Below, in pieces: positions 40,867 through 54,250 of a stretch of DNA of 64,000 nt. Position numbers and translations under genes: made by a program. Where the stretch lies: assembly GCA_965279075.1 (NCBI GenBank), contig CBDIHI010000009.1, positions 217,275 to 281,274 of the forward strand, read 5' to 3'. How positions within the stretch are numbered: the first letter of the stretch is position 1; each line of letters starts with the position of its first letter. The DNA comes from Burkholderiales bacterium (GTDB lineage: Bacteria; Pseudomonadota; Gammaproteobacteria; Burkholderiales; SG8-39). The notes under the pieces were generated by a model, which saw only the letters and a program-made list of their open reading frames with translations, was not told the origin of the DNA and searched no databases.

Positions 40867-41928
40867 TCATCGCCGTTTTTTGATTTTCTCGGCGAGCGTA
40901 CGCGCCACCCTGAAAAGCGTGCCGATCCCGCTTACCAACACCAGTACCCGCATCACTTGTGCGGCCGTCACCAGGGGAACACCGAGTTGCAGCACCTTGG
41001 CCGTGATGCACATCTCCGCGATGCCGCCGGGGGCCGTCGCGAGGATTACGCTTGGAACCGGCAACCCGTACGCCCAGGCCAGCCCGGCGCCACCCGTTGC
41101 GGCAAGCCCGATGGCGAGCAGGATGCTCGCAAGCGTCGCCGCGACGAACCCGGGTACGCGATCGAGGAATCCACGCTCGAAGCGACTGCCAAGCGCGCAG
41201 CCGATCAGCAGCTGGCCGAGGTTGGATACGACGGGCGGCATGGCCGAGAAATGCACCTCGCCCACGGTGAGCGCGATCACGCTGAACAGCGCACCGAGCA
41301 TGAAGGCGTTCGGCATGCCCGCCGCGGAGAGAAGCCCGCCGCCCGCCGCCGCGATTGCCAGCAGCAGCGCGAGCTTTCCCCAGTCGAGCGCCGCGGAGGC
41401 CGGTGCATAGGTGTCGGCGCCGTGTACCCCGGAGTACGTCAGCGCAAACGGAACCACGATCACCACCGCAAGAATGCGCATCGATTGGGCTATCGCCACA
41501 CGATCCACCCTCCCTCCGAATCGCTCGGCCAGGATCGCCATCTCGGCCGCCCCACCCGGCACGCTCGCGAAGAACGCCGTGACCCCATCCGTGCCCGTCA
41601 CCCGGCTGATAAACCAGGCACATATGCAGGCGATCAGGATCGCGAGCAGCGCGGCCAGCAGAAGGAAGTGCCAGTACGACACGACCTGTTGCGCCACAGC
41701 GGGCGTGAAATACAGTCCCAGCGCCGTGCCTATCACCACCTGCCCGCCGGGGCGTGCGCCGACCGGCGCCCTGAGGCGCGCCCCCGAGAAATTGCACACG
41801 GCCATCAAGAGGAGCGGCCCGATCATCCAGGGCAACGGTGTACGCAGCCAGGAGAACAGCGCGCCTCCTGCGGCACACAGGGCGAGGCTCGTCACTGGGT
41901 TCAGGAACGTGTCGCGCGCAGCCTTCAC
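40867..41928 (-). CDS. AbrB-family (PF05145-type, putative ammonia monooxygenase-like) integral membrane protein
   Basis: 353-aa polytopic protein with internal duplication and the [14 protein letters not shown] / [13 protein letters not shown] pair typical of this family. The GTG start overlaps the mnmE stop (GTGA). Confidence 0.7.
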   Translation of the reverse strand: MKAARDTFLNPVTSLALCAAGGALFSWLRTPLPWMIGPLLLMAVCNFSGARLRAPVGARPGGQVVIGTALGLYFTPAVAQQVVSYWHFLLLAALLAILIACICAWFISRVTGTDGVTAFFASVPGGAAEMAILAERFGGRVDRVAIAQSMRILAVVIVVPFALTYSGVHGADTYAPASAALDWGKLALLLAIAAAGGGLLSAAGMPNAFMLGALFSVIALTVGEVHFSAMPPVVSNLGQLLIGCALGSRFERGFLDRVPGFVAATLASILLAIGLAATGGAGLAWAYGLPVPSVILATAPGGIAEMCITAKVLQLGVPLVTAAQVMRVLVLVSGIGTLFRVARTLAEKIKKRR

Positions 41929-43274
41929 TTGCCGATGCAGAAGCGCGAGAAGATTTCCCCCAGCAGGTCGTCGGGGGTGAATTCACCCGTGATGGAGGAG
42001 AGCGCCTCCTGCGCGAGGCGCAACTCCTCTGCGAAGAACTCGGCACGGGCATGCTGCGCACACGCCGCTTCCAGCCCTTCGCCGGCAAGCGCAAGCGCGC
42101 GCAAGTGTCGCTCGCGCGCCACGAACGCGGATTCCCCGTCCCGCTCCCAGCCGGCGGCCTGCAGCAGAGCAAACCTCAGCAGGTCGATCCCGAGATCTTC
42201 CTTTGCTGAAAGGAACACCTCGCGGGCCTCTCCCTCCCGCACTTCGGGCTGAAGGCCGGCGAGGTCGATCTTGTTGAAGACGTGGATTCGCGCGATGCCC
42301 GCAGGAATGCGCGCGAGGATCTCGCGGTCGGCGGCGGTGACGCCGTCTTCGGCGTCGAACAGGATCACGACGACATCGGCGCGGTCGAGCTCCTTCCAGG
42401 TTCGCTCTATTCCGAGACGCTCGACTTCGTCGCCGGATTCACGCAGTCCCGCGGTGTCGACTATGTTGAGCGGCACGCCCTCGATGGAAATGGCTTCCCT
42501 GACCGTGTCCCGCGTCGTGCCCGGGATCGGCGTCACGATGGCCCGATCCACGCCGGCCAGGCGGTTCAGCAGGCTCGATTTTCCGACGTTGGGCCGTCCC
42601 GCCAGCACGATGCTGATGCCCGAGCGCAAGAGGCTGCCCTGGCGGCTCCTCGCCAGCACGCTCGCCAGCGCGGCTCTCGTCGCAGCCAGCCGCGCGCGCA
42701 GGTCTTCGCGGTGGACCTCGTCGATCTCCTCTTCGGGGAAGTCGAGGCCCGCCTCCGTCAAGGCGCGCAACTCGGTCAACCGTTCAACGAGCCCGTGGAT
42801 CGCCGCGGAGAACTCGCCCGATAGCGAGCGCATCGCGCCTCGTGCCGCCTCGGCGGTCGATGCCTCGATCAGGTCGGCAACGGCTTCGGCCTGGGCCAGG
42901 TCCAGCTTGCCGTTGAGGAACGCCCGCCGGGTGAACTCCCCCGGCTCGGCCAGCCGGGCACCGGCATCGATGCAGGCGGCGAGGACCGAAGCAAGAACGA
43001 CGGGACCGCCATGGCCCTGCAGTTCGAGGATGGCTTCTCCGGTGTAGGAGTTTGGGGCGGGAAAGTGGAGCGCCACGCCTTGGTCGAGGACGGCACCGTC
43101 TGCCGTTCGCATGGTGACCAGCGTTGCCTGGCGGGCGACGGGAAGTTTTCCGACGATCCTTGTCGCGACTTCCGGGGCCCCCGGCCCGGAAACCCGCACA
43201 ACGCCGATCCCGCCGCGGCCGGCGGGAGTGGCGATGGCCGCTATCGTGTCGCGGACCGGGTCAGCGCTTGGCAT
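41925..43274 (-). CDS. mnmE: tRNA modification GTPase MnmE (TrmE)
   Basis: 449 aa. [23 protein letters not shown]-terminus, G-domain [12 protein letters not shown] and DTAGLR, and the C-terminal CIGK. Confidence 0.96.
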   Translation of the reverse strand: MPSADPVRDTIAAIATPAGRGGIGVVRVSGPGAPEVATRIVGKLPVARQATLVTMRTADGAVLDQGVALHFPAPNSYTGEAILELQGHGGPVVLASVLAACIDAGARLAEPGEFTRRAFLNGKLDLAQAEAVADLIEASTAEAARGAMRSLSGEFSAAIHGLVERLTELRALTEAGLDFPEEEIDEVHREDLRARLAATRAALASVLARSRQGSLLRSGISIVLAGRPNVGKSSLLNRLAGVDRAIVTPIPGTTRDTVREAISIEGVPLNIVDTAGLRESGDEVERLGIERTWKELDRADVVVILFDAEDGVTAADREILARIPAGIARIHVFNKIDLAGLQPEVREGEAREVFLSAKEDLGIDLLRFALLQAAGWERDGESAFVARERHLRALALAGEGLEAACAQHARAEFFAEELRLAQEALSSITGEFTPDDLLGEIFSRFCIGK

Positions 43275-44940
43275 GGGCAGGTTTGTCGCGCTCGAACATG
43301 CGCTGGATCTGCCATTGCTGTGCTATGGAAAGGATGTTGTTGACGAGCCAGTAGAGCACGAGGCCCGCCGGGAAGAAGAAGAAGAAGATGCTGAACACGA
43401 ACGGCATGAACATCATCACTTTCGCCTGCACCGGGTCCGGCGGGACCGGGTTCAGCTTGGTCTGGATCACCATCGTGACCGTCATCAGGACCGGCAGCAC
43501 GTAGAACGGGTCGAGCGCGGACAGGTCGTGGATCCAGAGCATGAAAGGCGCGTGGCGCAGCTCGATCGCCGCCAGCAGCACCCAGTACAGCGCGATGAAG
43601 ACGGGAATCTGCACGAGGATGGGGAAGCACCCGCCGAGCGGGTTGATCTTCTCGGTCTTGTACAACTCCATCATCGCCTGGTTCTGGCGCGCCCGGTCGT
43701 TGGCGTACATCTCGCGGATCTTGGTGAGGCGCGGCGTGACCAGCTTCATCTTCGCCATCGACTTGTAGCTTGCGGCCGACAGCGGGAAAAACACGAGCTT
43801 CAGCGTGACCGTCAGCAGGATGATCGCCACACCCCAGTTGCCTGCGAGGCTGTGGTACTTCTCCAGCAGCCAGAACAGGGGCCAGGCAATGATCGTCAGC
43901 CAGCCATAGTCGACGACCAGGTCGAATCCCGGTGCGACCTCCTTCAGCCGGCGCTGCTCCTGGGGGCCCGCATAAAGCGGCGCGGAGACCTTGGCAGTAG
44001 AGCCCGGCGCGATGGACGGGACCGGAAGCACTATACGACCGCTATAGACACCATCGGCGCGCTTTTCGACGACATAGTCGCGAGGGCCGGTCCCTGACGG
44101 AACCCAGGCCGAGACGAAATAGTGCTGGACGTAGGCCAGCCAGCCGTCGCTCGCCTGCTTGGCGTGATCGGCCTTGCCCTTGTCCACGTCCGAAAACTGC
44201 AGCTTCTCGAACTTCTTTTCGTTCGTGTACTGCGCGAACCCGTTGAAGCTCTGCGCACCGAACGATTGCGCCAGCGAGCTTCCGCCTGCGGGTTGCTTGC
44301 CGTCATGCGTGAGTTGGAAATAGGCGTGCGGTGCGACCGGTGCCGAGCCGCCGTTGCGCATTTCGAGGGCCACGTCGAATTCGTAGCTGTCGCGCTTGAA
44401 GGTATAGACCTTGTCTACCGACAAGCCGTCCTTGCCTTCCGCCGTAAGCCGGAGTTCCAGCGACGCCTTTCCGTCGGCAAGGACGCGCTCCCCGGCGGCC
44501 GCGCGCCAGGGCGTCCTGTGGTTCGGGCCGTCACCGGTCAGGCCGCTCTGCGCAAAATACTGGTGCTCCGGCCCGAGAAGGACCAGGTTCTTCGACTCGT
44601 CGTTGGTCTCCTTGTGCTTCAGCAACTCGACCCTGACCACGCTGCCGCCCAGCGTATCGACGTCAACTACGAGCAGGTCCGTCTTGACCTGGACGATCTC
44701 GCCCTTGAGGGCGGCGGGCGCCGCCGCCGGCACGGCCGACTGCGAGGCCGCAATGGAAACGGCCGGCGCAGCTGCAGTCGCTGGAGTGGGGACCTCCCCT
44801 GCTACCCCCTTGGGGACTTGCTGGACCGCCACCGCCGCGGGTTTGGGTCGGTGCTCTTTCTCCCACTCGGTCCAAAGCATGAGCAGGGAAAAGCTGAAAA
44901 CGAAGAACAGGATCAGTCTCTGGGTATCCATGGCTTTCAT
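43261..44940 (-). CDS. yidC: Membrane protein insertase YidC
   Basis: 559 aa. N-terminal TM, large periplasmic domain and a conserved C-terminal 5-TM core ([16 protein letters not shown]). Confidence 0.96.
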   Translation of the reverse strand: MKAMDTQRLILFFVFSFSLLMLWTEWEKEHRPKPAAVAVQQVPKGVAGEVPTPATAAAPAVSIAASQSAVPAAAPAALKGEIVQVKTDLLVVDVDTLGGSVVRVELLKHKETNDESKNLVLLGPEHQYFAQSGLTGDGPNHRTPWRAAAGERVLADGKASLELRLTAEGKDGLSVDKVYTFKRDSYEFDVALEMRNGGSAPVAPHAYFQLTHDGKQPAGGSSLAQSFGAQSFNGFAQYTNEKKFEKLQFSDVDKGKADHAKQASDGWLAYVQHYFVSAWVPSGTGPRDYVVEKRADGVYSGRIVLPVPSIAPGSTAKVSAPLYAGPQEQRRLKEVAPGFDLVVDYGWLTIIAWPLFWLLEKYHSLAGNWGVAIILLTVTLKLVFFPLSAASYKSMAKMKLVTPRLTKIREMYANDRARQNQAMMELYKTEKINPLGGCFPILVQIPVFIALYWVLLAAIELRHAPFMLWIHDLSALDPFYVLPVLMTVTMVIQTKLNPVPPDPVQAKVMMFMPFVFSIFFFFFPAGLVLYWLVNNILSIAQQWQIQRMFERDKPAHAKR

Positions 44941-45164
44941 GTTGTCTTTGAGCGTCCCGGCACGGGGTCATAACCGCCCGCATGCCAGGGATGGCAGCAG
45001 GCGATGCGTTTGGCGGCCAGCCACGAACCCCGCGCGACGCCATGGCAGCGCAGGGACTCTTCCGCGTACTCGGAGCAGCTGGGATAAAAACGGCAGCTGG
45101 GCCCCAGCATGGGGCTCAGGAAATAGCGGTAGACGCGGATCAGCGCACGTAGCAGGGCATTCAC
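44937..45164 (-). CDS. yidD: Membrane protein insertion efficiency factor YidD
   Basis: 75 aa. [11 protein letters not shown] motif. Overlaps the yidC start (ATGA). Confidence 0.9.
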   Translation of the reverse strand: MNALLRALIRVYRYFLSPMLGPSCRFYPSCSEYAEESLRCHGVARGSWLAAKRIACCHPWHAGGYDPVPGRSKTT

Positions 45165-45174
45165 TGCAGGATCA

Positions 45175-45531
45175 TCACTTTGCTAGCCTCGCTAGGCTGG
45201 ATCGCAGCCTGTCTACAATGCCTGAGGACGCTTTCAGGCCGTATGGCGGCCTGACGAGCACGTCGAGCGCCCCCAGTTCCCCCTGCACCAGCCGGAACGC
45301 TTCCCGGATGCAGCGCTTTATCCGGTTGCGGTCCTTGGCCAGGGGCGCATGCTTGCGCGAGATCAGGATGCCGAGCCTGGCAGGACCTGCCGGGCGCGCG
45401 GAGAAAAAGAAGGTAAAGCCGTTCAGGTTACGCTTGGTGCCGCCACGCATCAGGGCCTCGAATTCGGCGCTGGTGCGAATGCGCTTGTCCTTGCCGAAGC
45501 CCGCCGCAGGCGTGGCACCGGAGCCGGTCAC
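45175..45531 (-). CDS. rnpA: Ribonuclease P protein component
   Basis: RnpA-like sequence ([14 protein letters not shown]...[12 protein letters not shown]). I prefer the GTG at 45531 (118 aa) because the ATG at 45597 would overlap rpmH by 41 nt. The start remains uncertain. Confidence 0.85.
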   Translation of the reverse strand: MTGSGATPAAGFGKDKRIRTSAEFEALMRGGTKRNLNGFTFFFSARPAGPARLGILISRKHAPLAKDRNRIKRCIREAFRLVQGELGALDVLVRPPYGLKASSGIVDRLRSSLARLAK

Positions 45532-45556
45532 GCCTGACGAGCAGGATCCGGCGACC

Positions 45557-45691
45557 TCAGACCGCCAGTCGCGCGCGGCCGCGGGCGCGTCGCGCATTGA
45601 TCACCGCACGACCACCGGGAGTTTTCATGCGCGCGCGAAATCCGTGAGTCCGGGTACGACGCGTTTTTGAGGGTTGATAGGTACGCTTCAT
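45557..45691 (-). CDS. rpmH: 50S ribosomal protein L34
   Basis: Not in the ORF track (44 aa). Manual translation of the minus strand gives [44 protein letters not shown], with GAGG 6 nt upstream. Confidence 0.95.
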   Translation of the reverse strand: MKRTYQPSKTRRTRTHGFRARMKTPGGRAVINARRARGRARLAV

Positions 45692-45719
45692 GACTGCCTC
45701 GGGCCGCAAAAAGGCGCGT

Positions 45720-45748
45720 ATTACACGCGTTACCTAACCCATTGTCAA
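45720..45748 (-). promoter_or_regulatory. Candidate sigma70 promoter of rpmH-rnpA
   Basis: On the minus strand: TTGACA (45748-45743), 17-nt spacer, TGTAAT (45725-45720), about 30 nt upstream of the rpmH ATG. Confidence 0.5.
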
Positions 45749-45773
45749 ATTTCCGGGATTTTTGTGCCGGGCC

Positions 45774-45782
45774 TGTGGATAA
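45774..45782. promoter_or_regulatory. Perfect DnaA box (TGTGGATAA = complement of TTATCCACA) in the rpmH-dnaA intergenic region
   Basis: Exact 9-mer match, about 100 nt upstream of the dnaA ATG. It overlaps a possible -35 element (TGGATA), which has TAGAAT 17 nt downstream (45799-45804). Confidence 0.7.
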
Positions 45783-45883
45783 CTCCTCTTGGACAGGGTA
45801 GAATTGCGGGCACGAAAAGCGGCCGTTCCCTGGCGGCGCAAGTGCCCCGAAAACCGCCCATCGAAGCACCGAAAATCACGTCA

Positions 45884-47224
45884 ATGCAGAACCTCTGGGA
45901 CGCCTGTTTGCGCCGCCTCGAACGCGAGCTCCCGGCCCAACAATTCAGCACCTGGATCCGCCCGCTGTTGCTGGATGAAAGCAGCGCCGAGCCTGGTTCG
46001 CTTACGCTCGCCGCGCCCAACCGGTTCGTGCTGGAACTGGTGCGTGAGCGCTTTTCCAGCCGGATCGAGAAGCTTTTTTCCGAGGAAGGCGCCGGGGTGG
46101 TCTCCCTGAAGCTTGTACTGGCCCGGGGAGCCGATGGCGCCGTCCGGGCCACACCCGCCGCAGCGGCCCAACCCATCCCCCCAAAAGTACCGCATACGCT
46201 TGAGCGGGCGCGCCTCAATCCAGCCTTCACTTTCGACAGCCTGGTCACCGGCAAGGCCAACCAGCTCGGCCGCGCGGCCGCCATCCAGGTGTCAGAGAAT
46301 CCCGGTATTTCCTACAACCCCCTCTTCGTATATGGAGGCGTTGGCCTCGGCAAGACCCACCTCGTCCAAGCCATAGGCAATTTCGTGGCTGCCCAGCGGC
46401 CGGACGCTAAGATCCGCTACATCCATGCCGAGCAGTACGTGACCGACGTGGTACGCGCGTACCAGCAAAAGTCTTTCGATGAGTTCAAGCGCTATTACCA
46501 TTCACTGGATCTGCTTCTGATCGACGACATCCAGTTTTTCTCCAACAAGGGCCGCACGCAGGAGGAGTTCTTCTACGCCTTCAACGCACTGGTCGAAGCC
46601 CACAAGCAGATCGTGATCACCTGCGACACCTACCCGAAAGAGATCTCGGGGATGGAGGAACGCCTCATTTCACGCTTCGGCTGGGGCCTGACGGTGGCCA
46701 TCGAGCCACCGGAACTCGAGATGCGCGTGGCCATCGTGCTGAAAAAGGCCGAGGCCGAGAACGTCGTCCTGTCCGAGGACATTGCCTTCTTCATCGCCAA
46801 GCACATCCGGTCGAACGTGCGCGAACTCGAAGGGGCCTTGAAGAAAGTACTTGCCTACTCGAGGTTCAACGGCCGGGAACTGTCGCTGGACCTGGCCAAG
46901 GATGCGCTACGCGACATCCTCAACGTAGCCAACCGCCAGATCACGGTCGAAAACATCCAGAAGACGGTCGCCGAGTTCTTCAAGTTGAAGATCTCCGACA
47001 TGCACTCGAAGAAAAGGAATCGCAACGTTGCACGTCCGCGCCAGGTCGCGATGGCGCTGGCCAAGGACCTTACCCAGATGAGCCTGCCGGAAATTGGCGA
47101 GGCGTTCGGCAATCGCGACCATACGACGGTACTGCATGCCTGCCGGACGATCGCGAGCCTGCGCAAGCAGGACACCGTGATGAACCGGGACTACCTGGTG
47201 CTGGAACAGGTGCTGAAAGGATGA
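45884..47224 (+). CDS. dnaA: Chromosomal replication initiator protein DnaA
   Basis: ATG at 45884 gives the canonical N-terminus [31 protein letters not shown]+ motifs [10 protein letters not shown] and LLIDDIQF, plus the C-terminal DNA-binding helix ([10 protein letters not shown]). Confidence 0.97.
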   Translation: MQNLWDACLRRLERELPAQQFSTWIRPLLLDESSAEPGSLTLAAPNRFVLELVRERFSSRIEKLFSEEGAGVVSLKLVLARGADGAVRATPAAAAQPIPPKVPHTLERARLNPAFTFDSLVTGKANQLGRAAAIQVSENPGISYNPLFVYGGVGLGKTHLVQAIGNFVAAQRPDAKIRYIHAEQYVTDVVRAYQQKSFDEFKRYYHSLDLLLIDDIQFFSNKGRTQEEFFYAFNALVEAHKQIVITCDTYPKEISGMEERLISRFGWGLTVAIEPPELEMRVAIVLKKAEAENVVLSEDIAFFIAKHIRSNVRELEGALKKVLAYSRFNGRELSLDLAKDALRDILNVANRQITVENIQKTVAEFFKLKISDMHSKKRNRNVARPRQVAMALAKDLTQMSLPEIGEAFGNRDHTTVLHACRTIASLRKQDTVMNRDYLVLEQVLKG

Positions 47225-47438
47225 GCATCCGGCCCATGACAAGCTGTGTAGGACCTGCGTACGGATTGTGGGTAACTCCGCATTCCTCCGGCCTGCGGCA
47301 AGTTACCCAAAACTATGCACAGGCGGTGCACAGCCCCCGCCAGGCACTGAATGTCATGCAAGCAACTGTACGAAGAGGGTTTTCAAACTTATCCACACAA
47401 GTTATGCCCTCTATTAACTATTACCAAGGATATATAAG
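47225..47438. other. Candidate oriC / DnaA-box cluster in the dnaA-dnaN intergenic region
   Basis: Perfect TTATCCACA at 47389-47397. TGTGGGTAA at 47267-47275 (1 mismatch). CTATGCACA at 47313-47321 (1 mismatch to TTWTNCACA). TTACCCAAA at 47303-47311 (2 mismatches). These are followed by a ~41-bp stretch of about 32% GC (47398-47438). Confidence 0.4.
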
Positions 47439-50982
<3,544 letters not shown>

Positions 50983-50986
50983 CCAG

Positions 50987-51009
50987 GACGGGGGCGTATC
51001 AGCCCCGTC
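50987..51009. terminator. GC-rich hairpin between convergent gyrB and topB (possible bidirectional terminator; no U-tract)
   Basis: GACGGGG(GC)-GTATCA-(G)CCCCGTC, lying 5 nt after the gyrB stop and 12 nt before the topB stop. Confidence 0.35.
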
Positions 51010-51020
51010 GCGCGCTCCCG

Positions 51021-53675
51021 CTAGGCGGCGCGCTTCCTGGCCTTGGCCGGTGCCTTGGCCTTGGCAGCCGGTTTGCTGGTCGCTCGCGCCGGCTTCGTCT
51101 TTGCCGCCGCCTTCTTCAGCGGCACCACGGGAGTTTCTTCTTTCTTGGCCGCCTTCGTCTTCGCCGCTGCCCTCTTCTTCAACGGCACGACTTCGGCCTC
51201 TTCGCGGACCGCGCCGTCCTTTCCCGCCGGGGCACCGGGCTTCGCCGGGCGCGCCTGGAATTCGAAACCGATCTTGCCGCCGGGCGTCTTCACCAGGAAG
51301 GCCTTGAAAGGCCGGCCCTTCTTCGAGATGAAACGGTTCAGCAGGTCGGTCTTGCCGCTGGCCAGCAGCTTCTCCATCTGCTCTCGCTCGATCTGTTGCT
51401 GCAGGATGATCTTGCCGGAGCGGAAATCGCATGTGCGCGGCGATCCAACGGCTTTCTCGCAGACATAGGCCATACCCGAGTCGTAGACGCGCGATCCGCA
51501 CTTGGGGCAGGCGCCCAGCGGCTGCTGCGCGCTGAAGTCCGGCGCCTCGCCGCCCTCGTCCTCCGGACGAGCCTGGCCGAAATCGAATTCGATCCTCTGT
51601 TCGTCGTTGAGCTTCAGCACGGCGGCGAACGGCCGGCCCATGCGGCTCCTGAAGCCGGTCAGCGGGCCGATGGTGCGCTTGGTGATCAGCTCGGCGACCT
51701 CCTCGGCCGCCCACTCGCGGCCCGAGATCACCTTCCACAGGTTGAAGTCGCAGGCCTGGCACTGGAACTTTCGGTAGTTTTCCTGGATCACGCCGCCGCA
51801 TTTCGGGCAGGGTGCCTCCACCGTCGCGAATGCGGTATCGGGGATGTCGCCGTTCTTGATCCGCGCCACCATGTCGCGCGTCACGGACTCGATATGCTCC
51901 ATGAATTCATCGCGCTTGAGCTTGCCCTGCTCCATCTGCTTGAGCTTGAATTCCCAGTCGCCGGTAAGCTCCGGGGAGGTTATCTCGGAAACCGCGAAGT
52001 GCTTGAGTGCGAACAGCAGCGAGAACGCCTTTGGCGTGGGCACCAGCTCGCGGGCGTTCCGGTGCAAGTACTCTTCCCTCAACAGGCCCTCGATCACCGC
52101 GGCACGGGTAGCCGGCGTGCCGAGGCCCTTCTGGCCCATGGCCTCGCGCAGGTCGTCGTCCTCGAGCAACTTGCCGGCCCCCTCCATCGCGGAGAGCAGC
52201 GTCGCCTCGCTGTAGCGCGCCGGGGGCCTGGTCTGGTTGGCGACTGCCTGGACTTCAAGCGCCTTCACCTTCTCGTCGGGCGCGACTGCGGGCAGGTTCT
52301 CGTTTTCCTCCTGCGTGGCCTTGCCGTAGACGGTCAGCCAACCGGGGCTCTTGAGGATACGGCCCTCGGTCTTGAACTTGTGGCCGGACACGTCGGTGAT
52401 GCGGGTGGTTTGCAGGTGTTCGGCCGGCGGATAGAACACCGCGAGGAAGCGCCGCACCACCAGGTCATAGAGTTTCTGCTCGGGCTCCGACAGGCTCTTG
52501 GGCGCCTGCAGCGTCGGGATGATCGCGAAGTGGTCCGAGATCTTGCTGTTGTCGAAGATGCGCTTGTTCGGCTTGACCCAGCCGCTTTTGAGGATCTGGG
52601 CGGCATACGTGACGTATGAGCCCTCCTTCAGCATGTCGAGCGTCTTCTTCACCGTCGGGACATAGTCTTCGGGCAACGCGCGCGCGTCGGTACGCGGGTA
52701 GGTCAGGACCTTGTGCTTCTCATACAGGGCCTGAGCGAGACCCAGCGTGTTCTTGGCCGAGAAGCCGAAGCGGCCGTTGGCCTCGCGTTGCAGGCTCGTG
52801 AGGTCGAAGAGCAGCGGGGACATCTGTGTCGAAGGCTTGGTTTCCTCGGTGACCGTGCCGGTCCCGCCTTCGCAGGCTGCGCGGATTGCCTCGGCCTTCG
52901 CCGCCTCCCAGAGGCGCTCGGCCTTCTTCTCGCCGTCTTCCTGTTTCTTCCAGTCGGTATCGAACCAGCGGCCGGAATACTCGCCCGCAGCCGCGCCGAA
53001 GCGGGCATGCACCTCCCAGTAGTCGCGCGGCCTGAAGGCGCGGATCTTTTCTTCGCGCTCTACGAGGATCGCCAGCGTAGGCGTCTGCACACGGCCGACG
53101 GTCGTCAGGTAGAAGCCGCCTTCCTTCGAGTTGAACGCGGTCATCGCGCGCGTGCCGTTGATGCCCACGAGCCAGTCGGCCTCCGACCTCGATTTGGCGG
53201 CATCGGCCAGCGCGAGCATGTCGCGGTCCGCGCGCAGCTTCTCGAAGCCTTCGCGGATCGCCGTCTGCGTCATCGACTGCAGCCACAGGCGTTCGATCGG
53301 CTTCTTGGTCTTCGCGTGCTGAACGATGTAGCGGAAAATCAGCTCGCCCTCACGGCCCGCGTCGCAGGCGTTCACCAACGCGTCCACGTCCTTGCGCTTG
53401 ATCAGCTTTAGCAGGACGTTCAGCCGGGGTTCGCTGCGCTCGATCGGCCGCAGGTCGAAATGCGGCGGGATGACGGGCAGGTTGGTAAACGACCACTTGC
53501 CCTTCTTGACGTCGTGCGACTCAGGCAGCGTGAGTTCCAGCAGGTGGCCGACCGCGGACGAGATGACCAACTCGTCGCTCTCGAACCAGTCGCTGTGCTT
53601 CGTGAAGCCGCCGAGCGCTTTTGCGATGTCGGATGCGACCGAAGGTTTCTCGGCAATGATGAGCTTCTTGCCCAC
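51021..53675 (-). CDS. topB: Type IA DNA topoisomerase, topoisomerase III-like, with C-terminal zinc ribbons and a Lys/Ala-rich tail
   Basis: IIAEKPSVA, GHLLEL and the active-site region LTYPRTDARALPEDY resemble Topo III. CPKCGG...CQAC and CPKCGS...C...C zinc-ribbon motifs. The GTG at 53675 gives MGKKLIIAEKPS; the ATG at 53741 is the alternative start. Confidence 0.85.
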   Translation of the reverse strand: MGKKLIIAEKPSVASDIAKALGGFTKHSDWFESDELVISSAVGHLLELTLPESHDVKKGKWSFTNLPVIPPHFDLRPIERSEPRLNVLLKLIKRKDVDALVNACDAGREGELIFRYIVQHAKTKKPIERLWLQSMTQTAIREGFEKLRADRDMLALADAAKSRSEADWLVGINGTRAMTAFNSKEGGFYLTTVGRVQTPTLAILVEREEKIRAFRPRDYWEVHARFGAAAGEYSGRWFDTDWKKQEDGEKKAERLWEAAKAEAIRAACEGGTGTVTEETKPSTQMSPLLFDLTSLQREANGRFGFSAKNTLGLAQALYEKHKVLTYPRTDARALPEDYVPTVKKTLDMLKEGSYVTYAAQILKSGWVKPNKRIFDNSKISDHFAIIPTLQAPKSLSEPEQKLYDLVVRRFLAVFYPPAEHLQTTRITDVSGHKFKTEGRILKSPGWLTVYGKATQEENENLPAVAPDEKVKALEVQAVANQTRPPARYSEATLLSAMEGAGKLLEDDDLREAMGQKGLGTPATRAAVIEGLLREEYLHRNARELVPTPKAFSLLFALKHFAVSEITSPELTGDWEFKLKQMEQGKLKRDEFMEHIESVTRDMVARIKNGDIPDTAFATVEAPCPKCGGVIQENYRKFQCQACDFNLWKVISGREWAAEEVAELITKRTIGPLTGFRSRMGRPFAAVLKLNDEQRIEFDFGQARPEDEGGEAPDFSAQQPLGACPKCGSRVYDSGMAYVCEKAVGSPRTCDFRSGKIILQQQIEREQMEKLLASGKTDLLNRFISKKGRPFKAFLVKTPGGKIGFEFQARPAKPGAPAGKDGAVREEAEVVPLKKRAAAKTKAAKKEETPVVPLKKAAAKTKPARATSKPAAKAKAPAKARKRAA

Positions 53676-53776
53676 GGGGATCGTCGGGTGCCTGCCTTGG
53701 AAAGGGGGCAGATGATAAGCGCAACGGCGGCCGGATGACAACCAACCGCGTCACGCGGCGCCCCCCGCGGGTGGAA

Positions 53777-54235
53777 TCAGTTCGGCAGGCGACCCTCGCC
53801 GGAGGAGAGCAACTCCTCCGCAATCAAGCGGCTGGCGGGCGTCTCAAGGTTCCACAGCACCATCAGGACGATCAGCTTCAGCTGGTCGAGCGAGAGCGCG
53901 CGCCCGGAGGCCGCCATCGCCCGGTCGATCACGAGCTCGCGCAAAACGGGATCCAGCACGCCGATGTTCTCCAGGTGCATCACGAGGCCCAGGCACCCGG
54001 CGTCGAGCTTCGCGAGTTCCTTTGGCGCGTATGCGCGCGTTGCGCGGGAGGCGGCGGGCAGCGGCTCGAGGATCCGGTGCGGAGCGTGCAGCATCCCTGC
54101 AAGCCAGGAGAGCGCCTCGCTGATGTCCGATTCCTCGAATCCCGCGGCGGTGAGCCGTTTCGCTATCAGTTCGTTGTCGTCGGCCAGGTCGGCGCGGTGG
54201 CAGTTTTCGAACAGGTAGACAAAGATGTCGTACAT
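53777..54235 (-). CDS. smg: Smg protein (DUF494)
   Basis: 152 aa. N-terminus MYDIFVYLFENCH...DISEALSWL, typical of Smg, with the conserved position after dprA. Confidence 0.9.
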   Translation of the reverse strand: MYDIFVYLFENCHRADLADDNELIAKRLTAAGFEESDISEALSWLAGMLHAPHRILEPLPAASRATRAYAPKELAKLDAGCLGLVMHLENIGVLDPVLRELVIDRAMAASGRALSLDQLKLIVLMVLWNLETPASRLIAEELLSSGEGRLPN

Positions 54236-54250
54236 GGCGTTTTTTTCTTC

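Noticed and set aside
45532-45597. Longer rnpA start at ATG 45597
   Set aside because: It would overlap the 3' end of rpmH by 41 nt and add an Ala/Arg/Ser-rich extension. The GTG at 45531 gives a typical ~118-aa RnpA. The choice is not certain.
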